Shown piece after piece: positions 12,365 to 21,972 of a stretch of 64,000 bases of DNA. Each line of letters starts with the position of its first letter. The stretch's first letter is position 1. Source of the stretch: an uncultured Planctomycetaceae bacterium. Lineage in GTDB: Bacteria; Planctomycetota; Planctomycetia; Planctomycetales; Planctomycetaceae. The stretch covers positions 128,001-192,000 of the forward strand of contig CAWFGE010000006.1 of the NCBI GenBank assembly GCA_963815195.1, in the 5' to 3' direction. Position numbers and translations under genes: made by a program. The notes below the pieces were generated by a model. That model was not told the origin of the DNA and did no database searches. It saw only the letters and a program-made list of their open reading frames with translations.

Positions 12365-13903
12365 TTAAACGAAGACATGTGCCGACATCGGCCGCACGTT
12401 TTTGATCACAGGACGAAAGTCCATGTGGGCAAGGATGTCTCTTTCCAAATCGATGCCGGGGGCGACTTCTTTCAATTCTAAGCCCGCTTCGCCGATGTCA
12501 AAGACCGCCCGCTCCGTAACGTACAGCACCTTTTGCCCGCGGGACTGGGCTTGGGCCGCGTTGAAACAGCACTGCTCGACCTCGTTGACGAACTTTTTCA
12601 CCGTGCCTTCGCGGAGAATCGTGAGCCGGCCGTCCTCCACGTGGAATTCCGCGTTTCCCGATGTGAAGGTGCCGCAGAATACGAGCCGGCGGGCGCTTTG
12701 CGAGATGTTCACGAACCCGCCCACGCCTGCGAAGCGGGTTCCGAACTTGGAGACGTTGACGTTGCCCGCCGCATCAATTTGAGCCGCCCCCAAAGCCGCG
12801 AAGTCGAGGCCGCCGCCGTCGTAAAAATCGAACTGCGACGGCTGATCGATGATCGCCTGCGGATAATGCGAGGCCCCGAAGCTGAGTCCGCCCGCCGGCA
12901 TCCCGCCGATGGGTCCGCTTTCGACAGTGAGCGTCACCGCCGACAACAAACCGCGCTCGGCGGCGATGCGGGCAATGCCTTCCGGCATGCCGATGCCCAG
13001 GTTGACCACATCGCCCGGCTGCATTTCATCGCAGGCCCGGGACGCAATAATCCGCCGCACTCCCGCCGCGAGAGGCGGGAGGCGAATGCCCGATTGATCC
13101 AAGGGAGCCGGTTCGCAGTAATCGGGATTGAACGCCTCGGCGAAGGTTTGATCGTGCTCTTCCGGCTCTGCAATCACGAGGTGATCGATCAGAATCCCCG
13201 GCACGCGGACATGTTGAGGTTTCATCGGTTCATCCAGAACCCGCTGCACCTGGGCGATCACGATCCCGCCGGAGTTGCGGGCGGCCTGGGCGATGGGCAG
13301 CACCTCGCCGATGACGGCTTCCTCTTCCATCAACAGGTTCCCCCACGGATCGGCCGCCGTCGCGCGGATGAAGCCCACATCGACGGGCAAAGCCTTGTAC
13401 CACAGCCAATCCCGCCCGCCGAGCGAGAGGCGTTCCACCAAACCGGGTGGCGTTCGCTCGTTCAATCGGCCGCCGTGCTGGGCGGGGTCGATAAACGTGC
13501 CCAGGCCGATGTGCGTGATCGTGCCCGGCCTGCCCGCGGCGATGTCGCGGAGCAACTGGCAGACCACGCCCTGCGGGAAGTTGTAGGCTTCGATCAATCC
13601 TTCCCGCGCCAATCGCCCCAAGCCGGGCGCCAGCCCCCAATGCCCGCCGATCACCCGCCGCACCAGGCCTTCGTGCGCCAAATGATTCAGACCCCGCGTT
13701 TTGCCGTCGCCTTGACCCGCGGCATACAGCAGCGTCAAATCCCGCGGCCGCCCCGTCTCCAGAAACCGCCGTTCCAAGGCATGCGACAACGCCTCCGGAT
13801 GAGCCGCCCCCACAAACCCGCCCACGGCGACGGTTTGCCCGTCATGAATCCGGCGAACCGCCTCATCAGCCGAGCACAATAACCTGGCACCTCGCATCGT
13901 CAT
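12365..13903 (-). CDS. Acyl-CoA:acetate/propionate CoA-transferase (fused YdiF/Pct type)
   Basis: [48 protein letters not shown]. Confidence 0.9.
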   Translation of the reverse strand: MTMRGARLLCSADEAVRRIHDGQTVAVGGFVGAAHPEALSHALERRFLETGRPRDLTLLYAAGQGDGKTRGLNHLAHEGLVRRVIGGHWGLAPGLGRLAREGLIEAYNFPQGVVCQLLRDIAAGRPGTITHIGLGTFIDPAQHGGRLNERTPPGLVERLSLGGRDWLWYKALPVDVGFIRATAADPWGNLLMEEEAVIGEVLPIAQAARNSGGIVIAQVQRVLDEPMKPQHVRVPGILIDHLVIAEPEEHDQTFAEAFNPDYCEPAPLDQSGIRLPPLAAGVRRIIASRACDEMQPGDVVNLGIGMPEGIARIAAERGLLSAVTLTVESGPIGGMPAGGLSFGASHYPQAIIDQPSQFDFYDGGGLDFAALGAAQIDAAGNVNVSKFGTRFAGVGGFVNISQSARRLVFCGTFTSGNAEFHVEDGRLTILREGTVKKFVNEVEQCCFNAAQAQSRGQKVLYVTERAVFDIGEAGLELKEVAPGIDLERDILAHMDFRPVIKNVRPMSAHVFV

Positions 13904-13933
13904 AAAGCCCTCATCAGCGATGGAACATTACGC

Positions 13934-13983
13934 CCTACCATACAAAAACGCCTCCACTCTTGCGAATGGAGGCGTCGGAATTC
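13934..13983. repeat. 50-bp direct repeat, left copy; contains a minus-strand intrinsic terminator
   Basis: CCTACCATACAAAAACGCCTCCACTCTTGCGAATGGAGGCGTCGGAATTC; 1 mismatch versus 18889-18938. Confidence 0.9.
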
Positions 13984-14088
13984 ATCTGAGAACGGTTTGA
14001 AAACGCTTCCTCCCAATGTGAGCGGCACGGCGCTAGCCGCCGGCCTTGACGTTAGCATTATCGCTTCATCGAAACCGGAGGCGAGCGC

Positions 14089-14301
14089 CGGGTGCCAATG
14101 CCAGATTGCCGCCAGTGTTTTTTCAATCCGAACACGAGATCTGAAAAACGTCCGTCAGCAAGCTCCGCGAAGGCACTGGCAACAAGTTGCCAGTGGCACC
14201 CGACGCCGGGTGCCACGGGCAGCTTGCCTGCCCGTGTTCTTGACCCCATGAAGCTTTGATTCTCGCGAGTTGCACTGGCAACAAGTTGCCAGTGGCACCC
14301 G
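14089..14301. repeat. Two tandem REPINs (four REP units) of the GGGTGCCACTGGC family
   Basis: Units at 14089-14117, 14174-14202, 14207-14236 and 14273-14301 in alternating orientation. Confidence 0.85.
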
Positions 14302-14580
14302 AACGCACCCGAACGCGGGCAACTTTGGATTACATTTACGTTGCCCGTGCCACCCCGCCGCAAATCGTTTTAATCGACACAACCCCTACCATCGGACCAG
14401 CGCCAGCCCAGCCCGCGCAAGAAAAAGCTCGACCAACAAAGGTCGAGCAAACAACTCCCCTACCGCGAAGCGGTTTAGTTCAACGTGAAATGACTGACGA
14501 CGGCAATTCAGCCACAAGTTGTTTGAAGGTAATCTGTTTCTGCACATTTACCATCTGGAACGCGGAACGTCTACTTGGCT

Positions 14581-14775
14581 TCAAGTTTGTGAGCTCAATG
14601 CCCCTCGGCCGATCAGGAAATACAACAGCATGCCAACAATTGGTAACAACAGGATCACCAGGATCCAGAGCAGCTTGAGCATCACCGTGGAATTCCCCAT
14701 CAGTACGCTATAGATGGCAAATATATCCAGGACCAAAATGGCCGCGCCGAATAAACTCATGGTTGTGGTCAGCAT
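14581..14775 (-). CDS. PLDc_N-domain small membrane protein
   Basis: LDIFAIYSV...KLLWILVILLLPIVGMLLYFLIG; AGGAG RBS. Confidence 0.8.
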   Translation of the reverse strand: MLTTTMSLFGAAILVLDIFAIYSVLMGNSTVMLKLLWILVILLLPIVGMLLYFLIGRGALSSQT

Positions 14776-14846
14776 GTCTAGTCTCCTTTCAGAGAACATT
14801 TGTGGCGGTGGAGTCGTTTATGATAGCGATGGAGCAGGCGTGACGA

Positions 14847-15002
14847 TCAAAGCCGTCCTATCAGCAAGAGGACGATGAGTATGACGACGATTAATCCAAG
14901 TCCGCCGCTCGGCATATAACCCCAGCTCCGGCTGTGAGACCAAGTCGGCAACGCACCCAAGAGCAGCAAAATGAGAATCACAAGCAGAATAGTACCAAGC
15001 AT
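14847..15002 (-). CDS. DUF3309-family small membrane protein (51 aa; absent from the ORF track)
   Basis: Manual translation MLGTILLVILILLLLGALPTWSHSRSWGYMPSGGLGLIVVILIVLLLIGRL. Confidence 0.85.
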   Translation of the reverse strand: MLGTILLVILILLLLGALPTWSHSRSWGYMPSGGLGLIVVILIVLLLIGRL

Positions 15003-15017
15003 TTTCGTGTTCCTTTG

Positions 15018-15303
15018 TCAGTTCCACCACTTTCGGGGATACATGAGGGGATAAATCCATACGAGGAGCATTGCCCCCAGAATCGCCACGATCCAGCCGT
15101 ACCAGTTGTGGCTGGCCAAGGAGAACGGTTCCACTGACGCTCCCCGGAAGAGGGAATAGAGGAACCCGCCCACCAGCGCCGGCGATGCCCAACAGCGTCG
15201 TCATCAGCAGGCTCATGCTTTGCCGGCCTGGAACAAGAAACCGCGCGCACAGCCCCACCACCAATCCGCACAGGATCCAACTTATTATGCTTCCGATACT
15301 CAT
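15018..15303 (-). CDS. GlsB/YeaQ/YmgE-family (transglycosylase-associated) membrane protein; frameshift near 15176
   Basis: IISWILCGLVVGLCARFLVPG...TTLLGIAGA, continuing in another frame as LVGGFLYSL...GWIVAILGAMLLVW. Confidence 0.8.
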
Positions 15304-15494
15304 GGTGTTACTCCTAAAAAGCTCTGACAAAACTACTAGAAATTCCGGAAACCCCGAAATGCAAGGACCTTAGCGTCGAGTATAGAGGTTGTGTCAGAGC
15401 CTCTAATTCAAGAATTGATGATTGAGATCTGCGCCACCGCCTGGAGGCAGCCTGCAATCTTTTGTGCAAGCGTGCCTCCGTCCTCTCTCACGAG

Positions 15495-15662
15495 TTAGGT
15501 TCTCCCCAACCGGCCTCCGAAAAGGAAGGACAACACCGCAATGACGAGGAAGACGACAAACAGGATCTTTGCCACCCCCACGAAAGAGCCGGCAATGCCT
15601 CCGAACCCTAAGACGGCCGCAATGAGTGCGACTACAAGACAAACAATAGCCAGACGTAACAT
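15495..15662 (-). CDS. DUF1328 / UPF0391 (YtjA-like) small membrane protein (55 aa; absent from the ORF track)
   Basis: [64 protein letters not shown]. Confidence 0.85.
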   Translation of the reverse strand: MLRLAIVCLVVALIAAVLGFGGIAGSFVGVAKILFVVFLVIAVLSFLFGGRLGRT

Positions 15663-15952
15663 GATCAACTCCTTCGATAGATGAGGGGTTAAGGCCGCGA
15701 TTGGCGACTCGACATCAGGGCGTGTCAGTCATTAACGTTGCTTCAAACAAACGGAATTTGGGCTGCATCCTCGCCTCGCAGGTCCTGCTTTCCGAGTCAG
15801 CTTCGGATCGCTCGATCAATAATTGTCCCATTTATTAGCCGCAGGGCGTTAGACGCGCGTGCCCCGGTTCCCGGGAAGAACCGGACGCGAGCGCGTTCCG
15901 GCTGATATTCGGACCGTGTTTTCTCGAACGGCTCGTACTTTGTGTTTTCAAC

Positions 15953-15995
15953 AAAAAAAGCCCCTCCGGTGCCATGTGGAGCACCGAGGGGCTTT
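15953..15995 (-). terminator. Intrinsic terminator
   Basis: Minus strand AAAGCCCCTCGGTGC-loop-GCACCGGAGGGGCTTTTTTT. Confidence 0.8.
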
Positions 15996-16079
15996 CATCG
16001 CCGAAACCATCCACCAACGCAAACGTTGCGAGGAAGGATGACATTGTTAGTTGGGACCGATCATCAGCCCCATCCTTAT

Positions 16080-16112
16080 ATTATAATACACTTGAGAATT
16101 AATAAATGTCAA
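16080..16112 (-). promoter_or_regulatory. Sigma70-like promoter with an overlapping imperfect palindrome
   Basis: TTGACA (16107-16112), 18 nt, TATTAT (or 21 nt, TATAAT); dyad TTGACATTTATTAATTCTCAA. Confidence 0.6.
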
Positions 16113-16161
16113 TCTAAAACTTGGAAATTGTGGGATTCTGGCGCAAGCCCCACTTTGCAAT

Positions 16162-16328
16162 CGGCAGGGTGGCATGCTCATGGCTTTGCATGAGCATGAG
16201 TTTTGATGAAACCCTGATTTCTCGGCATCACAGACACGGCCCCTCAATCCAATGGCAAAGTCACCTCGCGGACTCATCGAACCTGCAGAAGACATGCTCA
16301 TCCAAAGCCATGAGCATGCCACCCGGCC
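16162..16328. repeat. REPIN (GGGTGGCATGCTCATGGCTTTG family), copy 1
   Basis: Inverted ends GGGTGGCATGCTCATGGCTTTG / CAAAGCCATGAGCATGCCACCC; 1 mismatch versus 17620-17786. Confidence 0.9.
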
Positions 16329-16420
16329 GTGTAGGGCCGGGTGTGCCGGCCATTCGATTGGGAAAGGTCGCACGCCGACTTCCAAAGGCCGGCGGAGTCG
16401 ACCCTACTCAAGTGACGGCC

Positions 16421-16669
16421 TCAAATAACCTGGGGCACTTCGTGGCGTTCGATTTCCACGCGGGCCACCGCGAAACCAGCATTCTCCACATCGCGAATCG
16501 CGGAGACCAGGGCTTCATCCAACGTGGCCGCCTCGCGATCGAATTGGACCATCGTGACGTCTCCGCGGCTGAGGATACTCCCATCATCGCAACCGGACTG
16601 ATAGAGTTGTTCCGCTTCATCATCCGAGACATCGGCTGCCGTTAATATCAGTGAGAATTCGTATTTCAT
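16421..16669 (-). CDS. Small acidic protein, putative HicB-like antitoxin without a DNA-binding domain
   Basis: YEFSLIL...LYQSGCDD...FDREAATLDEALVSAIRDVE; directly downstream of a basic partner. Confidence 0.55.
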   Translation of the reverse strand: MKYEFSLILTAADVSDDEAEQLYQSGCDDGSILSRGDVTMVQFDREAATLDEALVSAIRDVENAGFAVARVEIERHEVPQVI

Positions 16670-16681
16670 CTGGTCGTCTCG

Positions 16682-16903
16682 TTAGTGGGGGCATTGATCC
16701 ACCGCTCGGCGAATTCGTCTTGCGTGGTCCTCGGGATTCTTGGGAGTGGAAAAGACGCGAAACCGGCAACCCGTCCGGTCACCTTGTCGGCACCAAAGCG
16801 TTCCAAAGATATGGGCCTGCCCACCCGCCTTTGTAAACGTCCACCCGTTGTCCTCTGCGTATTTGATCGCTGCACGAATATGCTTATTGGGATGATTGGC
16901 CAC
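16682..16903 (-). CDS. Small basic protein, putative HicA-like toxin
   Basis: HPNKHIRAAIKYAEDNGW...GGQAH...STPKNPEDHARRIRR; HicA-like helix-GW-GxH layout. Confidence 0.55.
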   Translation of the reverse strand: MANHPNKHIRAAIKYAEDNGWTFTKAGGQAHIFGTLWCRQGDRTGCRFRVFSTPKNPEDHARRIRRAVDQCPH

Positions 16904-17044
16904 GGGACATCCTGCATACGATTGCTCTCGATTCCATCAGAATTCTACCACGACTCACTTGAGAAGCGAACACAATCTTCTGGATTTGGCGGGATGGCTG
17001 GGGCGTGAACTGACTACGAATCCCAAGAAACGTGTCACAGCCCC

Positions 17045-17185
17045 AGCAAGTAGGGTCCGCTCTGCGGACCATTTGGAAAAAATGAGCTTATCTTATGGGT
17101 CCGCAGAGCGGACCCTACTTGCTGTGCGGACCATTTGGAAAAAATGAGCTTATCTTATGGGTCCGCAGAGTGGCCCCTACTTGCT
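17045..17185. repeat. GTAG-type REPIN with a 62-bp tandem duplication
   Basis: Perfect 26-bp IR AGCAAGTAGGGTCCGCTCTGCGGACC (17045-17070 / 17098-17123); 17059-17123 repeated at 17121-17185; half copy at about 18836-18870. Confidence 0.9.
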
Positions 17186-17363
17186 ACTCGCTTGCGTCCG
17201 GGTTTTCCTTCAAGCTGAAGAGCCAACCGCCGAGACCAAACAGTCCGATGATGCAAGCCACGAATTGGAGGAACAGGCCCGAATCGTCGTGGTGGTGATA
17301 CGAGCCGCCGAGTAACAGAAGGACGGAAGCCAGAATGACAATGGCAGCGCTCAAGGATTTCAT
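17184..17363 (-). CDS. Small two-TM membrane protein (59 aa; absent from the ORF track)
   Basis: MKSLSAAIVILASVLLLLGGSYHHHDDSGLFLQFVACIIGLFGLGGWLFSLKENPDASE; AAGGA RBS. Confidence 0.7.
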   Translation of the reverse strand: MKSLSAAIVILASVLLLLGGSYHHHDDSGLFLQFVACIIGLFGLGGWLFSLKENPDASE

Positions 17364-17388
17364 GTTTTCCTTTCGAGTATGCCAGCCG

Positions 17389-17621
17389 TCACACCAGTTC
17401 GCGGATCAGTTCGCGGTTTTCCACGAGGTATTGCGGGCGGCCGTTGGGGTCGGTGAGGGTGGTGGTGTTGGCGTCGATGCCCAGTTGATGATACAGCGTG
17501 TGGAACACATGCTGCAAATGCACCGGCCGATCCTGCGGTTCCTCGCCGAGCCGATTCGTCGCGCCGATCGCCTGCCCGTGTCGGAACCCGCCGCCGGCGA
17601 GGAAGAAGAACGCGGCCCGCG
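17389..17621 (-). pseudogene. Duplicated 3' end of the DUF1501 gene
   Basis: 17393-17621 matches 18963-19191 with 2 mismatches; different stop codon (TGA versus TAA) and different downstream DNA. Confidence 0.9.
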
Positions 17622-17786
17622 GCAGGGTGGCATGCTCATGGCTTTGCATGAGCATGAGTTTTGATGAAACCCTGATTTCTCGGCATCACAGACACGGCCC
17701 CTCAATCCAATGGCAAAGTCACCTCGCGGACTCATCCAACCTGCAGAAGACATGCTCATCCAAAGCCATGAGCATGCCACCCGGCC
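17620..17786. repeat. REPIN (GGGTGGCATGCTC family), copy 2
   Basis: Direct repeat of 16162-16328, offset 1458. Confidence 0.9.
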
Positions 17787-17864
17787 ATGCCACCCCGCCG
17801 GCACCCGCCGCGGACGCTACTTGCTTCGAATTGCTCTAATTATCCGTGTTTTAATCGCCTCGCC

Positions 17865-18731
17865 TTATGGGGAATTCTTCGCATCTCGTATGTGGTCTTT
17901 CAGGCTGATCTGCTCGAACATCACCCGGTTATAATAACTATTCAGTTGAATAAAGTTCCCGATCTCCGTCTTGATTGGTTCGTCCTTCGAGATATGGAAC
18001 AAGGATTTTCCATCCAGGAAAACCTCAATTCCTGATGTTCGGACCTTAAAGACCAACGTGCGTTGTTTGGTAAATGTAAATCGGCGGTCCAAGGTGATCC
18101 CCATTGGAGGTTTCCCAAACTTTTCCCGACGTGCTTCCATAATCGGCAAGAAACTCAGTTGAACTGTGCCGTCGGATTTATGACGAACAGCAAATGGGTA
18201 TAATTTCCCACCGTGGGGCAAACTGATGAACGTGTCGTTGGCATGATTTTGATTGACCAGTTGCAATTTAACTGTCAGATCATAATCGCCGGTCGGTTGG
18301 TATGGGATGTCTAAAGCACTTTCGTTTGTCAGGTGATTTGCGGCCAGCGAGTTCCCAAAAAATTTCCAGCTTGGATCCTGTGCAACGGCAACTCGAAGCA
18401 AAGCCAGCATATCAGTCACTCTACTATTTCCCTTGGAGCTTTCAGACTTGAGCCGTTTAATTTCTTTCCGAATGACGAGAGCGTTGTCTAAGCCGTCCGC
18501 ACCCCGCTGAAGCTCCTTAGCGAGAGCGTCCTCAAGTTTCATAAGGTAGGCTTTACGAGCCTCGGTGATGAGCTTCTCATAGGCCAGTTTTGCTTGCTGG
18601 AGATCCCCCTCGTACTTCTTGAGCGCACTTGCAGCGTAGGTCTTAGCAAGTTTGGCTGCTGGATCAACCTCGTTGTTCTGAGCATAGAGGGAAGAAGTCA
18701 GCAAGAGAATTGTCGCTATCGTCAACTTCAC
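17865..18731 (-). CDS. Secreted hypothetical protein (coiled coil plus beta-rich domain), AT-richer than its flanks
   Basis: Signal peptide MKLTIATILLLTSSLYA; helical N-half, beta-rich C-half. Confidence 0.75.
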   Translation of the reverse strand: MKLTIATILLLTSSLYAQNNEVDPAAKLAKTYAASALKKYEGDLQQAKLAYEKLITEARKAYLMKLEDALAKELQRGADGLDNALVIRKEIKRLKSESSKGNSRVTDMLALLRVAVAQDPSWKFFGNSLAANHLTNESALDIPYQPTGDYDLTVKLQLVNQNHANDTFISLPHGGKLYPFAVRHKSDGTVQLSFLPIMEARREKFGKPPMGITLDRRFTFTKQRTLVFKVRTSGIEVFLDGKSLFHISKDEPIKTEIGNFIQLNSYYNRVMFEQISLKDHIRDAKNSP

Positions 18732-18888
18732 GGTTTTACGTTCTCCGTTCGAAATCCGGTTTCAGGGATCGAAGCGGACAGGCCGCTTTTTCCACTAACA
18801 TTCTGAGCGGGGATCATTTTGCTTGTCAAGCAAGGCAAGTCGGGTCCGCTCTGCGGACCATTTGGAAAAACGACATTGACTTATTGGT

Positions 18889-18938
18889 CCTACCATACAA
18901 AAACGCCTCCACTCTTGCGAATCGAGGCGTCGGAATTC
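18889..18938. repeat. 50-bp direct repeat, right copy; terminator of the DUF1501 gene
   Basis: Minus strand hairpin ACGCCTC...GAGGCGT followed by a T tract, about 20 nt after the DUF1501 stop. Confidence 0.9.
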
Positions 18939-18958
18939 GAAATTGCCAACGGAAACGA

Positions 18959-20275
18959 TTAAACCAGTTCGCGGATCAGTTCGCGTTTTTCCACGAGGTA
19001 TTGCGGGCGGCCGTTGGGGTCGGTGAGGGTGGTGGTGTTGGCGTCGATGCCCAGTTGATGATACAGCGTGTGGAACACATGCTGCAAATGCACCGGCCGA
19101 TCCTGCGGTTCTTCGCCGAGCCGATTCGTCGCGCCGATCGCCTGCCCGTGTCGGAACCCGCCGCCGGCGAGGAAGAAGAACGCGGCCCGCGACCAGTGGT
19201 CGCGGCCGGCCCCGGAGTTGATCCGCGGCGTGCGGCCGAACTCGCCGGACATCATGATGATCGTGTCGTCCAAGCGGCCGCGCACGTCCAAGTCTTCGAT
19301 CAACGCGGTGAGTGCCTGGCTGAGGGGCGGGAGTTGTTCCCGCATCGATTGGAAGTTGTTGCCGTGGGTGTCCCAACCGCCCCACGAGAAGGAAACGCAG
19401 CGAACGCCGGCTTCGATCAGCCGCCGGGAGACGAGGAACCGCTGGTTGTCGCCGCGCCGGCGATTGTTGGTATCGTTGATGCCGTAGCGGTCCACGGTGC
19501 GGGGGTCTTCGTTCTTGACGTCGAGGGCTTTCGAAAGTTCGCCGGAGGTGATGATTCCCACGGCCCGGTCGCTGAAGCTGTCGAGCGCGGTCATCATGCC
19601 GGAGGTGTCCATGTCCCGCCGCATGCGGTCGAGGCCGGAAAGGAGAGCCTGCCGATCACCGAGCCGGTCCACGCTCACGCTGCGGTTGAGCTGCAAATTG
19701 GACCGGCCTTCGCCGTCGGGCCGATACGCGGCGTGGACCTGTCCCAAGAAGCCGGGCTTGGTCCAGCCGGTGAGGTCGACGGAAGTCGGGGCGGTGCCGT
19801 GGGGCGTGTTTTGGGCGGGTCCCCAGATTTTTGACATCACCGACTGCACGCCGGGCCGGCCGCCGATGGAATTCAGATCGCGTTCTTTCCAGCCGGATTC
19901 GGACTGCTTGGGATTGTGCTCGTTGTTCATGCCGTCGATGGAGCGGATGACGCTGAACTTGTCGCCGACGGTGGCGAGGTGCGTCATCAATTCGCAGATT
20001 TCCAGGCCGGGGGCGTTGGTGGCGATCGGGCGGAATTCGCCGCGGAACTCCTTGGGAGCATTGGGTTTCAGGTCGAAGGTGTCCATGTGGGTCGGCCCGC
20101 CGCCCAGGTAGATGTTGATCAGCGATTTCCCCGTGGCCTTTTCGCCCGCCAGGCTCTCGGCCCGCAGAAGATTAGCGAGCGTCAAACCGCCGACGCCCAG
20201 TGCACCGACTTTCAGAAAACTCCGCCGGGAGAGGCCGTCACAATACCGCTGCGAACCACCGTAGAACGAAAACAT
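18959..20275 (-). CDS. DUF1501 family protein
   Basis: Tat-like SRRSFLKVG, GGPTHMDTFDLKP, GGWDTH, GEFGRTPRIN, GRDHW. Confidence 0.95.
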   Translation of the reverse strand: MFSFYGGSQRYCDGLSRRSFLKVGALGVGGLTLANLLRAESLAGEKATGKSLINIYLGGGPTHMDTFDLKPNAPKEFRGEFRPIATNAPGLEICELMTHLATVGDKFSVIRSIDGMNNEHNPKQSESGWKERDLNSIGGRPGVQSVMSKIWGPAQNTPHGTAPTSVDLTGWTKPGFLGQVHAAYRPDGEGRSNLQLNRSVSVDRLGDRQALLSGLDRMRRDMDTSGMMTALDSFSDRAVGIITSGELSKALDVKNEDPRTVDRYGINDTNNRRRGDNQRFLVSRRLIEAGVRCVSFSWGGWDTHGNNFQSMREQLPPLSQALTALIEDLDVRGRLDDTIIMMSGEFGRTPRINSGAGRDHWSRAAFFFLAGGGFRHGQAIGATNRLGEEPQDRPVHLQHVFHTLYHQLGIDANTTTLTDPNGRPQYLVEKRELIRELV

Positions 20276-20464
20276 CGCGATGCTCCTTCAAGGAACACGG
20301 GAGGGAGGGACGGCCCCAATCGAGGTCACCTCGAATGGACGCCACGTTAGGGATTGTAGCAGGTCACATCAACAAATCAATGTCCGCTGATATTGCAAGG
20401 TGGGACAGCGGTGATTTGGTGATGCCGGTCTTGCCAACCAGAATTGGCGTCCGGAAGGAAAGGG

Positions 20465-21972
20465 TTACGATTTTTTTTCGTTTTTCCGGGGGGATTGCGC
20501 GGGGCGGGTGATGAACAGCAACACCTGCAGCCCCAAAAACACGAAAAGGGGGAAAAACACGAGGATTCGGGCGATTTTCATCGCCGCCGCCAGCCACGGC
20601 CCCTCAAGGGCATAGACTTCCACCCGTTGCCTGCCGTTGGGAATGCCTTCCCTCTGGAGCTTCGCGATCAGCCGATCTCGGCGGTCCGCGGAGAGCTTCT
20701 GCTCATCCGTCTCCTCCACGAGAATCGGAATGGCCGGGTCGCGTTTTTGATCTTCAATCCGGTCCCAATGCTTTTGGCCGCTGGGACTGAGCTGAGCTTG
20801 CCCGGCGGTGAATTCTTCGCGATAGAAAATCGTGTCGGCCTGTTCCGCCCCCCGTTCCACTGGGCCGCGGGTGTCCAGAACCGATCCCAAAAACAGCACG
20901 AGCACGAACGCGAACAGCGTGAGCAACAGCACCCCGCAGCCGATGGCGGTCATCTGCGTTTTAAACAGGCTGCGTTCCGAGGTGGTTTCAAAATGCAGAT
21001 CGATCGTCCGCCGGCGGGCCAGCGACCTGCGCACCGCGTCCAAGACCTCGAAGTCGCGGGTCAGGTCCGCCCAATCCGGCCGGACGCCGGGTTCGCTCAT
21101 TCCCCGCTCGACATACTCCCGCGCCTCACACCGGGATCATATTTTTCGGTCGAGCCGGAGTCCTTCTCGCCGAGCTCTTCGATATCCCAATCCTCTCCGC
21201 TGCCCTGATAAGCCGCCGGCCCGTCATTGCGGGTGAGCGTCAACTGCCACCGGGCAGGTGTGGACACGGGACGGATTGTCCAGATCGCATCCGGCAGGTT
21301 CTCGCCGGCGAGCGTCACTGTGGCGGTGACAATTCCCCCGGCGGGCGTCGCGGACTGCACCGCGGTCACTTGATGATATTCTCCGCCCAATCGCCGGAGC
21401 AGCCCCACATCCGGGAGCAGAAACTCCCGGAGGGACACCTCGTTCAATTCCGTCCCCGCGGCCAATCGCACCTCCCGCTCGCACCGAAGATGCAAGAGGC
21501 GCGGAAGGCTTTCCGTTTTGGAAGCCGACGTTTCCGCGGGGCTCGGTGTTTCCGGTTCGTGGATGGGCGAAGAAACGTCTGGTCGTTCAAGATTGCCAAA
21601 CAGCGGATGCTCCCACAGCGGGCACACGGGGAGCAACAAAACGCCGGTGTCGTCCCGCAGCAGCGACAATTCGTAGATGAGTTCCGTGTCCCAGGCCCCT
21701 CGCGGAAAAACGACCAGCGGCCGGGCCGAAGCGGCGAGTTGCTTTGCGGCTTCGCCGATCAACACTTCCGATCCGCAAACAATCACCGCGGACAGGTCGC
21801 CCGTGATCAGGTCTTCCCAGTCCACGATTTTGACCGCGGGAACGCTTCGCAGAATCTCCGCTTCCAGATCGCCGGCCAAAGCTGCCCGCGTCACGAGATG
21901 CTCCGGATCCGCGACCAGCGCACGCACCAACGGCAACACGGCCGGATCATCACCGAGCACAGCAAACTTCAT
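20465..21972 (-). CDS. Divergent Gfo/Idh/MocA-like protein with C-terminal membrane segments; frameshift near 21127
   Basis: ORFs join as …YDPGVEAREYVERGMSEPG…; tail RSLARRRTIDLHFETTSERSLFKTQMTAIGCG. Confidence 0.6.

Noticed and set aside
14089..17185. Clustered repeats as a CRISPR array or integron attC sites
   Set aside because: Units alternate in orientation, spacing is irregular, there are no cas or intI genes and I saw no consistent attC core sites; they fit REP/REPIN architecture.
17389..17655. 88-aa ORF MLMQSHEHATLPRAAFFF... as a real gene
   Set aside because: It is a chance fusion of REPIN sequence to the duplicated DUF1501 tail.
17389..19191. DUF1501 3' duplication as a DGR template/variable repeat pair
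   Set aside because: Only about 4 differences, essentially synonymous, third-position or in the stop codon; no reverse transcriptase in the window; DUF1501 is not a known DGR target fold.
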